Assembly: GCA_963805085.1 (NCBI GenBank)
Contig: CAWDTA010000002.1
Coordinates: 1,568,001-1,632,000, forward strand
DNA from: an uncultured Veillonellaceae bacterium
GTDB lineage: Bacteria > Bacillota > Negativicutes > JARBTT01
DNA: 64,000 nucleotides
Reading direction: 5' to 3'
Shown here: in pieces, positions 49,928 to 62,452 of the stretch
Layout: each line of letters opens with the position of its first letter
Position numbering within the stretch: the stretch's first letter is position 1
Notes under the pieces: model-generated
Told to the model about the DNA's origin: nothing
The model's input: the letters and a program-made list of their open reading frames with translations, nothing else
The model's database searches: none
Position numbers and translations under genes: made by a program

Positions 49928-50584
49928 ATGAAGAAAATGCAAACTAGATTGAAAATTTTATCACCGGATATTCCCGAAGAATTGGAGCAACTTGATTTTG
50001 CGGATAGGAAGATCCGCAATGAGGATTATTTTGAGATTGGAATCATTGATGATTGCATAATTGAGAATCAAGCAGCAGAACGTGTTGTTTTTAATAAAGT
50101 AATATTTGAAAACGTAACGTTCCAAAAAGTGGAGTTTAGCAAATTAGAGTTGTTAAATGCTATTTTTAAAAAGTGTGATTTATCAAATGTAGATTTTAAC
50201 GAAGCAATTCTGCATCGAGTTGAAATGATAGATTGCAAAATTATGGGTGTAAACCTAACGGCAACAACAGTACGTAACGTACTATTTGATCATTGCTATG
50301 GGGACTATGCTAACTTTCGTAGTGCGGATTTTAAACAGGTGAAATTTCAGCAATGTTCATTAGTCAATGCTGATTTTTCTATGTCAAAATTACTCAATGT
50401 AGAATTTTCTGAGTCAAACTTAGATAAGATGCAATTATCAGGGACGAAACTGGCAGGGATTGATTTAAGTAGTTGTGAATTTAACCAGATTGGTGTTACC
50501 AAGGAAGATGTGAAAGGGTGCATTATTTCATCTGAGCAAGCAATTGCCTTTTCAAAACTCTTTGGACTCATTGTTAACGAATAA
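49928..50584 (+). CDS. Pentapeptide repeat protein
   Basis: Tandem repeats of the CDLSN/VDFNE/ANFRS/ADFKQ type. Confidence 0.85.
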   Translation: MKKMQTRLKILSPDIPEELEQLDFADRKIRNEDYFEIGIIDDCIIENQAAERVVFNKVIFENVTFQKVEFSKLELLNAIFKKCDLSNVDFNEAILHRVEMIDCKIMGVNLTATTVRNVLFDHCYGDYANFRSADFKQVKFQQCSLVNADFSMSKLLNVEFSESNLDKMQLSGTKLAGIDLSSCEFNQIGVTKEDVKGCIISSEQAIAFSKLFGLIVNE

Positions 50585-50828
50585 AGTAGATGGTTAGTAG
50601 AGTTAATAAAAAATGATCTAGAACAGATTTACTAATAAAGTTGAGGTAATAACATATGCAAATAGGCAGTAGTATCTTTATTTTTGAAGTACTTCATGGT
50701 TGATTGAGCACGCAAAAGCTTATTTTAGTGGCGATACTGAGTACCATAGCTCCACTTGGTGGAAATAAAAGCAGTGGTTTTGCCATTATTTAAAATCAGT
50801 ATGCTTGTAACTAGATAAAAAATAGATA

Positions 50829-50869
50829 AAGAGCTTCCCTGGAAAGAAATTCTACAGGGAAGCTCTTTT
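50829..50869. terminator. Bidirectional terminator
   Basis: AAGAGCTTCCCTG...CAGGGAAGCTCTTTT between convergent genes. Confidence 0.7.
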
Positions 50870-50899
50870 GAGAATTACGGAGAACTAATCTCTATTATA

Positions 50900-51922
<1,023 letters not shown>

Positions 51923-52331
51923 TCACGCTCCTCATTAGTTTTTGAAGCATGTCGTTGCCTATAAATAATTTTTGGTCAATAACATGTTACATAGCATTAT
52001 ATGTAGCAACGCTTTGAAACGCGCTATGCAGACATTGTACAATAAACTGATTTTAAGGAAAAAATAAGGGCATCTAAATCTGCGCAGTGCCGAGAAATCT
52101 TAGCATTTAAGAATAACTATTAAAAGAATGCCAGACAAGCTGGATTTCTATAAATCTAATAGATACATATTGCCAGTGTGAGCTAGTAAGTAAACAAAAG
52201 CTGTCTGGTTTGGTCATTCTAAAGTATTGTTGATAATCTAATTAATGTAATCAATAAATGATAGTAAACACATAAAAATTTAGTTGAATTAAGATAGTGA
52301 ATAGAGATATAGTAATACTGGAGGGATTATT

Positions 52332-53234
52332 ATGGATTCATATCGTAAGTATATCATTGGGTTTATAGTTCTGATTATACTGATTTCTACAGCTTATATG
52401 TTTTGGCCTCGGGAAGATATTGTGGCACAGGGAGAATCGATCATTCGTAAAGATGCTGCGGATAAAGACGATTTGCCAAAGAGCTTTCGTAGGTTTGATG
52501 ATCTAAAAGCTTCTGGTAGCGCGCAGTATTCAGCAAACAATCTGAACTATATGAAGAACACTTTACAGCAAAAAAATGTTGTTTTAGTGGATCTTAGACA
52601 GGAAGCGCATGGATTTGTAAATGGTATTCCAGTAAGCTGGTATGGAGCTAATAATTGGGCAAATATTGGTAAAAATGCTGACGAAGTACTCGAAGTTGAA
52701 AATGAGGCGCTAATAGAAATAGCGGACAAACAAGAAGTTAGTATACATAAAGATTTTAAAAAAGATAAAGAAACAGGTGCTTTGCTATCAAACAAGTCAG
52801 AAATAGTAAAAATCAGTGAGGTTCGTTCAGAAGAGCAATTGGCACAAAGTCTAGGAATGGGATATTTCCGTTTAGTAGTTACAGATCATCGGCGACCTCT
52901 AGATAATGATGTTGATTTGTTTATTGGTTTCATTAAAGATCTTTCTCCCGACACTTGGCTGCATTTTCACTGTGAAGCAGGACATGGACGGACAACTACT
53001 TTTTTAGCCATGTATGATATGATGTCAAATGCTAAAAATGATACGCTTGCGCAAATTGTTGACCGTCAATATAAAGCTGGCGGAATTAATTTGTTTGAGC
53101 AGCATAAGCAGGATTGGAGAACCCCATATGATGAAGAACGTACAGCTTTTATCAAAGAATTTTATGAGTATTGTCGGCAAAATAACGATAACTATGCTAC
53201 ATCATGGTCTAGTTGGTTAGCTAAAAAGAAGTAG
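52332..53234 (+). CDS. PTP-like (cysteine) phytase, membrane-anchored
   Basis: ASGSAQ, VDLRQEAHG, VTDH and HFHCEAGHGRTT P-loop as in Selenomonas PhyA-type enzymes. Confidence 0.88.
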   Translation: MDSYRKYIIGFIVLIILISTAYMFWPREDIVAQGESIIRKDAADKDDLPKSFRRFDDLKASGSAQYSANNLNYMKNTLQQKNVVLVDLRQEAHGFVNGIPVSWYGANNWANIGKNADEVLEVENEALIEIADKQEVSIHKDFKKDKETGALLSNKSEIVKISEVRSEEQLAQSLGMGYFRLVVTDHRRPLDNDVDLFIGFIKDLSPDTWLHFHCEAGHGRTTTFLAMYDMMSNAKNDTLAQIVDRQYKAGGINLFEQHKQDWRTPYDEERTAFIKEFYEYCRQNNDNYATSWSSWLAKKK

Positions 53235-53368
53235 AAAAAGTATTTAATGCTGTTAAATATTGAAAAAAAATAAGGGGTAAAAATAGTACTTTGAAGTACC
53301 ATTTTTGTCCCTTATTTTAATATGTAGTTATAACTTATAAACAGAATAAGACTGACTCATATTCAAAA

Positions 53369-53410
53369 ATAGCTTCTGCTGAATTTTTGTGTGATTTTGG
53401 CAGAAGCTAT
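53369..53410. repeat. CTCCTGC-family hairpin (copy 4, diverged)
   Basis: ATAGCTTCTGCTGAAT...TTTGGCAGAAGCTAT. Confidence 0.55.
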
Positions 53411-53824
53411 ATCTTTTTTTATGGAGTGAAGATAATGGGTGATATTACATACTGGGTTTTTAAGGAGGCAGAGGGAATTGAAACACTGCTTCTTTGCGTT
53501 CTTTGTGCGTAACAAAACAATCGTCTTTTCTCCTGGTTTTCGTTCTCAGTAACAGTAATTTCATTCTTTATAAAAACATTTGTACTTTTTTAAATTCAAT
53601 AGAGCGTTAACAATTTACTAATCAAAAAAATTGTCGTAAAATAAAAGGCATGTTGCGATAAAGGATGTATGCTTCTCCTGAAAGTACAAATGCGATTACA
53701 AGCTCTTCGGCTGATCATAAACTTGTTAGCATGTTTATCTCCGCATTTTTTTTCAATCGTCCCGCATAACCTCTTTATCGCAAGGTCGTTTATTGAGAAG
53801 AATTTAGGAAAAAGAGGTTATTTC

Positions 53825-55246
53825 ATGAAAGAACAGCAAGATTCTGATATTCTGCATGAGGGACTGCAGCGCGACTTAAAAGAGCGCCATGTCCAACTCA
53901 TCGGAATCGGCGGCGCTATTGGCGTCGGACTTTTTCTCGGCTCAGCTTCAGCCATAAAGGCAGCTGGACCATCAATCGTTTTAGCCTACGGGCTTGGCGG
54001 AATATTCATCTATTTCATTCTCCGCGCTCTCGGTGAGCTTACAGTAGAACAGCCGATTGCTGGCTCCTTTACTGCGTATGCTTATCAATTCATTGGCCCT
54101 TTGGCTGGTTACCTTACTGGCTGGTCATATTGGCTCTTTTGGGCCTTGGTTTGTATGCTGGAGACAACCGCTACTGGTATTTATGTGCAGTTCTGGTGGC
54201 CGGATATGCCTCAGTGGATCTCGGCGCTGGCCTGTACGGTATTCTTGACTTTGGCAAATCTCGCTTCTGTAAAGGTGTTCGGCGAATTTGAATTTTGGTT
54301 TGCTTTGATCAAGGTTATTGCCATCATTGCCATGATATTCTTCGGTTTCTCGATGATTTTGTTCGGCATCGGCAACGACGGCATCGCGATAGGCTTTTCC
54401 AATCTTTGGAGTTATGGCGGGATTTTCCCCCACGGGCTGTCTGGTTTTATTACATCCTTAGTTATGGTGGCCTTTGCCTTTTTGGGGATGGAACTGATCG
54501 GCGTCACAGCTGGGGAAGCCGAAAATCCTGAAAAAACAATTCCATCAGCAATCGACAAGGTATTTTACCGCGTCTTGATTTTTTATGTTGGTTCACTGCT
54601 CGTCATCCTTTCCGTCTATCCTTGGGAACAGATCGGCACGATGGGCAGTCCGTTTGTTCTGATTTTTGACCGCTTGGGAATTCCGGCAGCAGCTGGCATC
54701 ATCAACTTTGTTGTTATTACGGCGTCTCTATCGACAGGTAACAGTGGGATTTATGTGACAGGTCGTACGCTGCACAGTCTGGCTTTGCAAGGGAAAGCTC
54801 CGAAATACTTTGTTAAACTCAGTAAATCCGCTGTACCACACCGTGGCATTTTGGCTTCTGTAGCCATGATGGTGCTCAGTGTAATCCTCAACTATTTCAT
54901 TCCAGAAGCAATATTCAATTACCTTATGAGCGTCATTACCTTTATCGGTCTTTATGTATGGTTTATTATCCTTTGGTCGCAGCACAGCCGCCGTAAAAAG
55001 CTCAGTGCGGAGGAAGTTTCTAAACTCAAATTTCCTATGCCAGGCTATCCATACACCAATTGGATGACGATTCTCTTCTTAGGTTTTGTTATCTTTGCGA
55101 TGGCTATAGATGATGCTCACCGCGTATCTCTGGTTGTCGGACCTTTATGGCTGTTGATCCTGACAGGAATTTATTACAAGGCAGGATTCCATAAAAAGAA
55201 TGAGAACGAAGTAGATTCCTTAAGCCCACAAGCTGACAATGATTAA
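53825..55246 (+). CDS. APC superfamily amino acid permease (AAT family)
   Basis: RHVQLIGIGGAIGVGLFLGS, FGEFEFWFALIKV and GEAENP motifs. Start moved to ATG 53825. Confidence 0.92.
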   Translation: MKEQQDSDILHEGLQRDLKERHVQLIGIGGAIGVGLFLGSASAIKAAGPSIVLAYGLGGIFIYFILRALGELTVEQPIAGSFTAYAYQFIGPLAGYLTGWSYWLFWALVCMLETTATGIYVQFWWPDMPQWISALACTVFLTLANLASVKVFGEFEFWFALIKVIAIIAMIFFGFSMILFGIGNDGIAIGFSNLWSYGGIFPHGLSGFITSLVMVAFAFLGMELIGVTAGEAENPEKTIPSAIDKVFYRVLIFYVGSLLVILSVYPWEQIGTMGSPFVLIFDRLGIPAAAGIINFVVITASLSTGNSGIYVTGRTLHSLALQGKAPKYFVKLSKSAVPHRGILASVAMMVLSVILNYFIPEAIFNYLMSVITFIGLYVWFIILWSQHSRRKKLSAEEVSKLKFPMPGYPYTNWMTILFLGFVIFAMAIDDAHRVSLVVGPLWLLILTGIYYKAGFHKKNENEVDSLSPQADND

Positions 55247-55269
55247 AAGACTCAGCCTTCGGGCTGAGC

Positions 55270-55515
55270 CAGGTTGTAGACAAACTATGGACAGATAGGG
55301 CGCGGGGGGCGGCGATAAGCACTCATCTGCAGCGTTGCAGTAAGGTGCTGTTCGTCGACGTACACAAGTACGACTCCTTCACAGCCCCTTACTGCGCCTT
55401 GCATTGAAGCACTTCTCACTAACCGGCAACCTATCTTCGTACTAGTTTACAAGTGGAACGGATTTTTTTATTTTCTGTTCATCGACATAAATATTTTTAT
55501 TTTGTCTACAGTCTG
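55270..55515. mobile_element. Non-autonomous MITE (IS1182-like ends) with 20-bp target duplication
   Basis: TIRs CAGGTTGTAGACAAA / TTTGTCTACAGTCTG (13/15 match). Flanked by identical ACTCAGCCTTCGGGCTGAGC at 55250-55269 and 55516-55535. Confidence 0.85.
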
Positions 55516-55642
55516 ACTCAGCCTTCGGGCTGAGCTTTTTTTATTTATGATAATTAAAGATTGATTGACAAGGACTTTACGATAAGTTAAAATCAATTTG
55601 ATACTTATCGAATTGTAATAAAACTAGCTAGGGGTTGAAAAA

Positions 55643-55930
55643 ATGGATACAAAAAAAATGGCGAAAATATTTAAGGCACTTTCAAATGAAAATCGTTTGG
55701 AGTTATATTTAAAAATTGCTGAGGCTCATGAAGCTAGTTTTAAAACTGGTGGAGAGTGCTGTGTTGCAGATATCATTGCCTGTTTAAATATTGGTGCACC
55801 AACAATTTCACATCATATCAAGGAATTGGTGAACGCAGATCTTATTACCACTGAAAAAAAAGGAAAATTCTTAGTCTGCAGGGTAAATGAAGAACTGGTT
55901 AGTGAAGTAAGCAAGATGCTAGCTCTATAG
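55643..55930 (+). CDS. ArsR/SmtB family regulator
   Basis: FKALSNENRL and ECCV..I...PTISHHIKEL motifs. Confidence 0.88.
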   Translation: MDTKKMAKIFKALSNENRLELYLKIAEAHEASFKTGGECCVADIIACLNIGAPTISHHIKELVNADLITTEKKGKFLVCRVNEELVSEVSKMLAL

Positions 55931-56119
55931 CAGTCCATCCCCTTGAATAATTTATTTCTAATCTCTATTGAATGTTGGGTTAGGAAGGCTTAAGTTGATA
56001 AAAATTTTTACTCTAAAATTCGACAGTTATAAAACTATAAAGCTATAAAACTAGAGCGCGTTCACAGTTTTACTTGGAATGAAAGTATATTAAGTAAACT
56101 ATGAAGAGTTAGAGGAGCG

Positions 56120-56908
56120 ATGAAAATGAAAGTCTTTTATTTTACAGCTACGGGAAACAGTTTATACGTTGCAAAAAAAATTGGTGGCGAGCTATACTCA
56201 ATTCCTAAGATGTTAAAAGAAGGAAAAAGTGAATTTGAAGACGAAGAAATTGGTATCGTATTTCCTTGTTATGGGTTGGGAGTTCCGAGGATTGTAATAG
56301 ATTTTATACAAAAATCAAAATTTAAGAACAAATACTTCTTTGCGATTATGACTTATGGCAATATGTCCGCGGCTGGACTACATTATATGGAGCAAATCGG
56401 GAGTGAAGCAGGAATTCAGTTTAACTATACCAATGAAATATTAATGATTGATAATTATTTGCCTATATTTAAGATAGAAGATCAGATAAAAAAAGAGAGT
56501 TCAAAAAAAATTGAAGAAAAATTAGATCAAATAGTAAGTGATATTAAAAGTAGACGAGAAAAGGTTATAAGAAAAGGAATTTTCACCGATGTAGTGTCTA
56601 AAACTACTCACAAGCTCATCGCTAAATTTCATTATGATAACGGAGATAAGTGGTTTTGTGTTCAGGACAAATGTAACAGTTGCAAAGTATGTGAGAAGGT
56701 TTGTCCCGCCAATAATATTAAAGCTGAAAGCAAGCCTGAGTTCTTGCATAAATGTGAAGGATGCTATGCATGTATACATCATTGTCCGCAAAATGCAATA
56801 CATTTAAAATTTGAGAGAAGTAACGCTAGATTCGTGAATCGAAATGTAAAACTAAAGGAAATAATCGATGCAAATAATCAGGAAAATTCCTATATTGCAA
56901 TGTCATGA
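56120..56908 (+). CDS. EFR1-type flavodoxin-ferredoxin fusion
   Basis: YFTATGNS flavodoxin-like start plus two CxxCxxCxxxCP clusters. Confidence 0.85.
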   Translation: MKMKVFYFTATGNSLYVAKKIGGELYSIPKMLKEGKSEFEDEEIGIVFPCYGLGVPRIVIDFIQKSKFKNKYFFAIMTYGNMSAAGLHYMEQIGSEAGIQFNYTNEILMIDNYLPIFKIEDQIKKESSKKIEEKLDQIVSDIKSRREKVIRKGIFTDVVSKTTHKLIAKFHYDNGDKWFCVQDKCNSCKVCEKVCPANNIKAESKPEFLHKCEGCYACIHHCPQNAIHLKFERSNARFVNRNVKLKEIIDANNQENSYIAMS

Positions 56909-57103
56909 AAGAAAAATAGACGAAATTTGTAATGCACCTTTGTGTGTTCATGGACCACATTTTAAAGGAATTGGCGAAAAGTACGGCCCTTTTGATTTGA
57001 CATTAATGGGATATGTTATAGAAAAAAATTCACAAATGGAGTGAGTAAGTTTATACTAAATTATATATAGTTTTTATTTTAAAAATAAAAATGAGGTGTA
57101 AGA

Positions 57104-57727
57104 ATGAAAGTATTACTTATTAATGGGAGTCCAAGAGAACAAGGTTGTACTTATACGGCTTTATGCGAAGTAGCCAAAGAATTAGAAAATGCAAATGTTA
57201 AAACTGAAATTTTCCATGTTGGTAAACAACCGATTCGTGGTTGTATGGCTTGTGGTGTTTGTTCGAAGACTAATTCTGGCAAGTGCGTTTTTAATGATAC
57301 TGTAAATATTGCTTTAGAAAGAGCAAAAGAAGTGGATGGTTTTGTCTTTGGTTCTCCCGTCCATTATGCAGCTGCATCTGGGCAAATCACATCATTTTTA
57401 GATAGATTTTTCTATGCGGGAACTGGCTTTCAATATAAGCCAGGTGCTGCCATTGTGAGCTGTCGTCGTGGCGGATCAACAGCGGCGTTTGAGCAACTCA
57501 ATAAATATTTTACGATTGCCAATATGCCGATTGTATCTTCGCAATATTGGAATATGGTGCATGGCAATACGCCCGAAGAAGTAAAGCAAGATTTAGAAGG
57601 TATGCAAACCATGCGGGTATTAGGGAAAAACATGGCTTGGCTTTTGAAATCCATTCAAGCAGGCAAAGAAGCAGGCATTGAATTACCAAAAAAAGAACCA
57701 AGAGAGATTACAAATTTTATACGTTAA
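57104..57727 (+). CDS. Multimeric flavodoxin / iron-sulfur flavoprotein
   Basis: INGSPR..GCT, CMACGVC...C, GSPVHY and RRGG motifs. Confidence 0.85.
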   Translation: MKVLLINGSPREQGCTYTALCEVAKELENANVKTEIFHVGKQPIRGCMACGVCSKTNSGKCVFNDTVNIALERAKEVDGFVFGSPVHYAAASGQITSFLDRFFYAGTGFQYKPGAAIVSCRRGGSTAAFEQLNKYFTIANMPIVSSQYWNMVHGNTPEEVKQDLEGMQTMRVLGKNMAWLLKSIQAGKEAGIELPKKEPREITNFIR

Positions 57728-57899
57728 GAGTTTTGTAAGCAATGGTGAAGAATTAAAATAAAGTGATGATAAAAGAGGCTGAGATGATGTGGATTTTCTC
57801 AGCTTCTTTTACTAGATAAATAAAAAAATCCAGGTAAATATTAATTGACTGAATATATAGAATTATGCTATGATAAACGCAATCAATGAGAGCGGAACG

Positions 57900-57934
57900 T
57901 TGGATGGTGACATTAAGTTGGCCAAACCTTCAAA
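57900..57934 (+). promoter_or_regulatory. RAT-like antiterminator-binding element (copy 1), downstream of a TTGACT/TATGAT promoter
   Basis: TTGGATGGTGACATTAAGTTGGCCAAACCTTCAAA resembles the RAT consensus GGATTGTTACT...GGCAAAACC. Identical copy at 58992-59026. Confidence 0.78.
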
Positions 57935-58082
57935 TTTATTGAATAAATTTTGGAGGGGATTAAGATGTATAAAATAATAGCAAGGATAGATAGCCGAAAA
58001 ATGACAAGGATGAGTTAGTTGTCTGTTTTTCGGTATTTTTGTGTCTGAAATGAAAGTGTGCGTGCAAGAGGGGGCGGCAGTC

Positions 58083-58919
58083 ATGATAATAAAAAAGATA
58101 CTCAACAATAATGTCATTATTACTGAGAATGAAAAGACGCAGGAAATTGTTGCGATGGGGCGAGGTATTGCGTTTAAAAAGCGTTGTGGCGACGATGTGC
58201 CAAGAACAGAAATCGACAAAGTATATACGCTTTCTAATCAAGAAGTTTTTCATCGGTTTGAACAACTTGTGCAGAATCTTTCGATGGAATACATGGAGAT
58301 ATCTAGCGAAATTATTGAGATGGCAGAGCAAAAATTACAAAAAAAACTCAACGATTGTGTTTATATATCACTTACCGACCATTTGCATATGGCAATTACA
58401 CGGTTCAGAGAAGGCGCTGTCGTCAAAAATATGATGGATTGGGAAATCAAACGGTATTATCGTGATGAATATGCGATCGGTGAAATGGCATTGGGGATGC
58501 TGAATCAGAAATTTGGTTTAGAATTACCAGTTGATGAGGTTGGATTTATAGCACTGCATATCGTTGATGCACAGATTGATGGAGACAAGCCAATTGCAGA
58601 TCACATCGCGAAGCTAATACAAGAGATTACGAATATTGTTCGTCATACCTACGCAATGGAGTTTGATATAGAATCTTTACAATATTATCGTTTTATTACG
58701 CATTTGAAATTCTTTGCGAAACGTATGTTTACAGAACGAGAAGCAATTGCTGAAATCGATGAAGAAATGGAAAAGCTCATCCAGAAAAAATATGCAGCAG
58801 CGTATCGGTGTGTACAGAAAATTGATACGTTTATTCAGATGAAGTACAAATATCAGGTTAGTGCAGATGAAAAATTTTATCTGATGATTCATATCGCTAA
58901 GGTAACAAGAAGAAAATAA
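58083..58919 (+). CDS. licT: BglG/LicT family PRD antiterminator
   Basis: MIIKKILNNN..MGRGIAF CAT domain; PRD His motifs LTDH, IALH, FITH and LMIH. Confidence 0.92.
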   Translation: MIIKKILNNNVIITENEKTQEIVAMGRGIAFKKRCGDDVPRTEIDKVYTLSNQEVFHRFEQLVQNLSMEYMEISSEIIEMAEQKLQKKLNDCVYISLTDHLHMAITRFREGAVVKNMMDWEIKRYYRDEYAIGEMALGMLNQKFGLELPVDEVGFIALHIVDAQIDGDKPIADHIAKLIQEITNIVRHTYAMEFDIESLQYYRFITHLKFFAKRMFTEREAIAEIDEEMEKLIQKKYAAAYRCVQKIDTFIQMKYKYQVSADEKFYLMIHIAKVTRRK

Positions 58920-58991
58920 GTTCACTAAGTCCTAAATACATATTTAGTGCTATAGAATTCTAGGCGTAAAGGAGGATAGAAAATCGTTTTT

Positions 58992-59026
58992 TTGGATGGT
59001 GACATTAAGTTGGCCAAACCTTCAAA
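58992..59026 (+). promoter_or_regulatory. RAT-like element (copy 2) upstream of the PTS gene
   Basis: 35/35 identical to 57900-57934. Confidence 0.8.
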
Positions 59027-59053
59027 GTTATCTTTAAAATTTTGGAGGAATAA

Positions 59054-60967
<1,914 letters not shown>

Positions 60968-61049
60968 TAATGAATATTTCACCTGTAAGACACTTTATGT
61001 TTTAGAAATATATTAAATAATTGAAGAATACAATGTTGGAGGAAAAACA

Positions 61050-62420
61050 ATGAAAAAAGCGTTAGCAGTATTAGGACTTTCTACCGTAATTTTTTGTGGC
61101 GGCGTACAAGCTGAGGCAGCACCGGTATTTTTTCAAGATGTGCCACTGAGCGACTGGTCTTATGAAGCCGTCAATGGGCTAATTGCCACAGGACATGTGA
61201 ATGACTACACCGAACCGATACCACAAGGCCGTATCATGAGCCGCATGGAAATGGCCTTGGTTGTCGATGATGCTATGCAAAACCTCAAAGCATTTACGCC
61301 TGCTGAGCAGGATACGATTCAGAAATTGAATAAAGAATATTACTATGACATCAAAAAGATACAGATACTGTCGAAGCTCGACAATGCGGATCTGGAAAAG
61401 GCTACGAATGAGATAAACGGCACGACCTTTACGGAAGAAGAAAAAGCTGGCCTGAAGAAAGCGGCAGCTTTTGCGGATAAGTTTTCTATCAATGGCTATG
61501 CCCGCCTGCGCAATGATCACTATCTGAAGGATACGGGCAAGACAACTCGCGCAAATATGGTTCATGTGCAAGTCAATACGACGTACAAAGTAGATGATAA
61601 TTGGCAGGTCCATACCGATCTTGGCTATCGTAATTCCTTTAGCGGCTTTGATGAACTGAAATCCCTTTCACCGGGTGAGAATGCGACGGGTACCACCATG
61701 GATACCTATGTGACTGGCCGCATGGCGGACAATGCCCTCGGTCTTAAAGTCGGCAAGTGGAATGAATGGAACATTTACGGCTGGGGCATGGATATCGACT
61801 GTGATTTTGCTGGCGTGCAGCTCGATTATGGTAAAAAAGATTTCAAGACCTATTTCACCGCGGGAAAGATGGATCTTTGGGATAATGCCATGGGTGGCGA
61901 CCGTGAGTATGAACAGGTTACCAGCCTGCGCTTCTTCTATCCATTTGACAAGAAAAATGACATTAATTTCGGTGTTTCCTGGAGTTCTGCTATGGCCAGC
62001 CGCTACCAAGATCCTGATCAAGGGCGCGTATTCTATTACTATACCCATGCGCATCATAACTTTGATAACAACTGGGATCTTCGTGCGGGCCTTATCAACA
62101 GCGATGCAAAACGAGATGATACGGCAACTGCAAGCACAAAGACAAAGCAGCCGGGCCGCTGGCTGCAGCTCCGGTACAAGGGGGCCGATCTTCAGGCTCC
62201 TGGCTCTTATGGCGTTACCGCTACTTACCGCTATGAACCGGCCCTCACCTGGCCAACGGTCACGGACTGGTGCGGGCGCAATGAACGTTTCGTCCGCCTT
62301 GGCGTAAGCTATGTACCGGAGAAGAACATCCTCTTGGATACCTTCTATACCTGGGCAAGAGAAATTGACACTGGTGAGAAGGATGACCTGTACCGTTTCC
62401 AAGCACAGTTCTTCTTCTGA
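61050..62420 (+). CDS. SLH-domain outer-membrane beta-barrel protein (OmpM-like porin)
   Basis: Signal peptide, FQDVP..DWSYEAV...SRMEMA SLH domain, amphipathic beta strands and terminal Phe (YRFQAQFFF). Confidence 0.8.
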   Translation: MKKALAVLGLSTVIFCGGVQAEAAPVFFQDVPLSDWSYEAVNGLIATGHVNDYTEPIPQGRIMSRMEMALVVDDAMQNLKAFTPAEQDTIQKLNKEYYYDIKKIQILSKLDNADLEKATNEINGTTFTEEEKAGLKKAAAFADKFSINGYARLRNDHYLKDTGKTTRANMVHVQVNTTYKVDDNWQVHTDLGYRNSFSGFDELKSLSPGENATGTTMDTYVTGRMADNALGLKVGKWNEWNIYGWGMDIDCDFAGVQLDYGKKDFKTYFTAGKMDLWDNAMGGDREYEQVTSLRFFYPFDKKNDINFGVSWSSAMASRYQDPDQGRVFYYYTHAHHNFDNNWDLRAGLINSDAKRDDTATASTKTKQPGRWLQLRYKGADLQAPGSYGVTATYRYEPALTWPTVTDWCGRNERFVRLGVSYVPEKNILLDTFYTWAREIDTGEKDDLYRFQAQFFF

Positions 62421-62452
62421 TGAAGCAGTGAAATAAAAAATATAATAGGGAG

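Noticed and set aside
53669-53824. 52-aa N-terminal extension of the amino acid permease
   Set aside because: No family similarity; the AAGAGG RBS supports ATG 53825.
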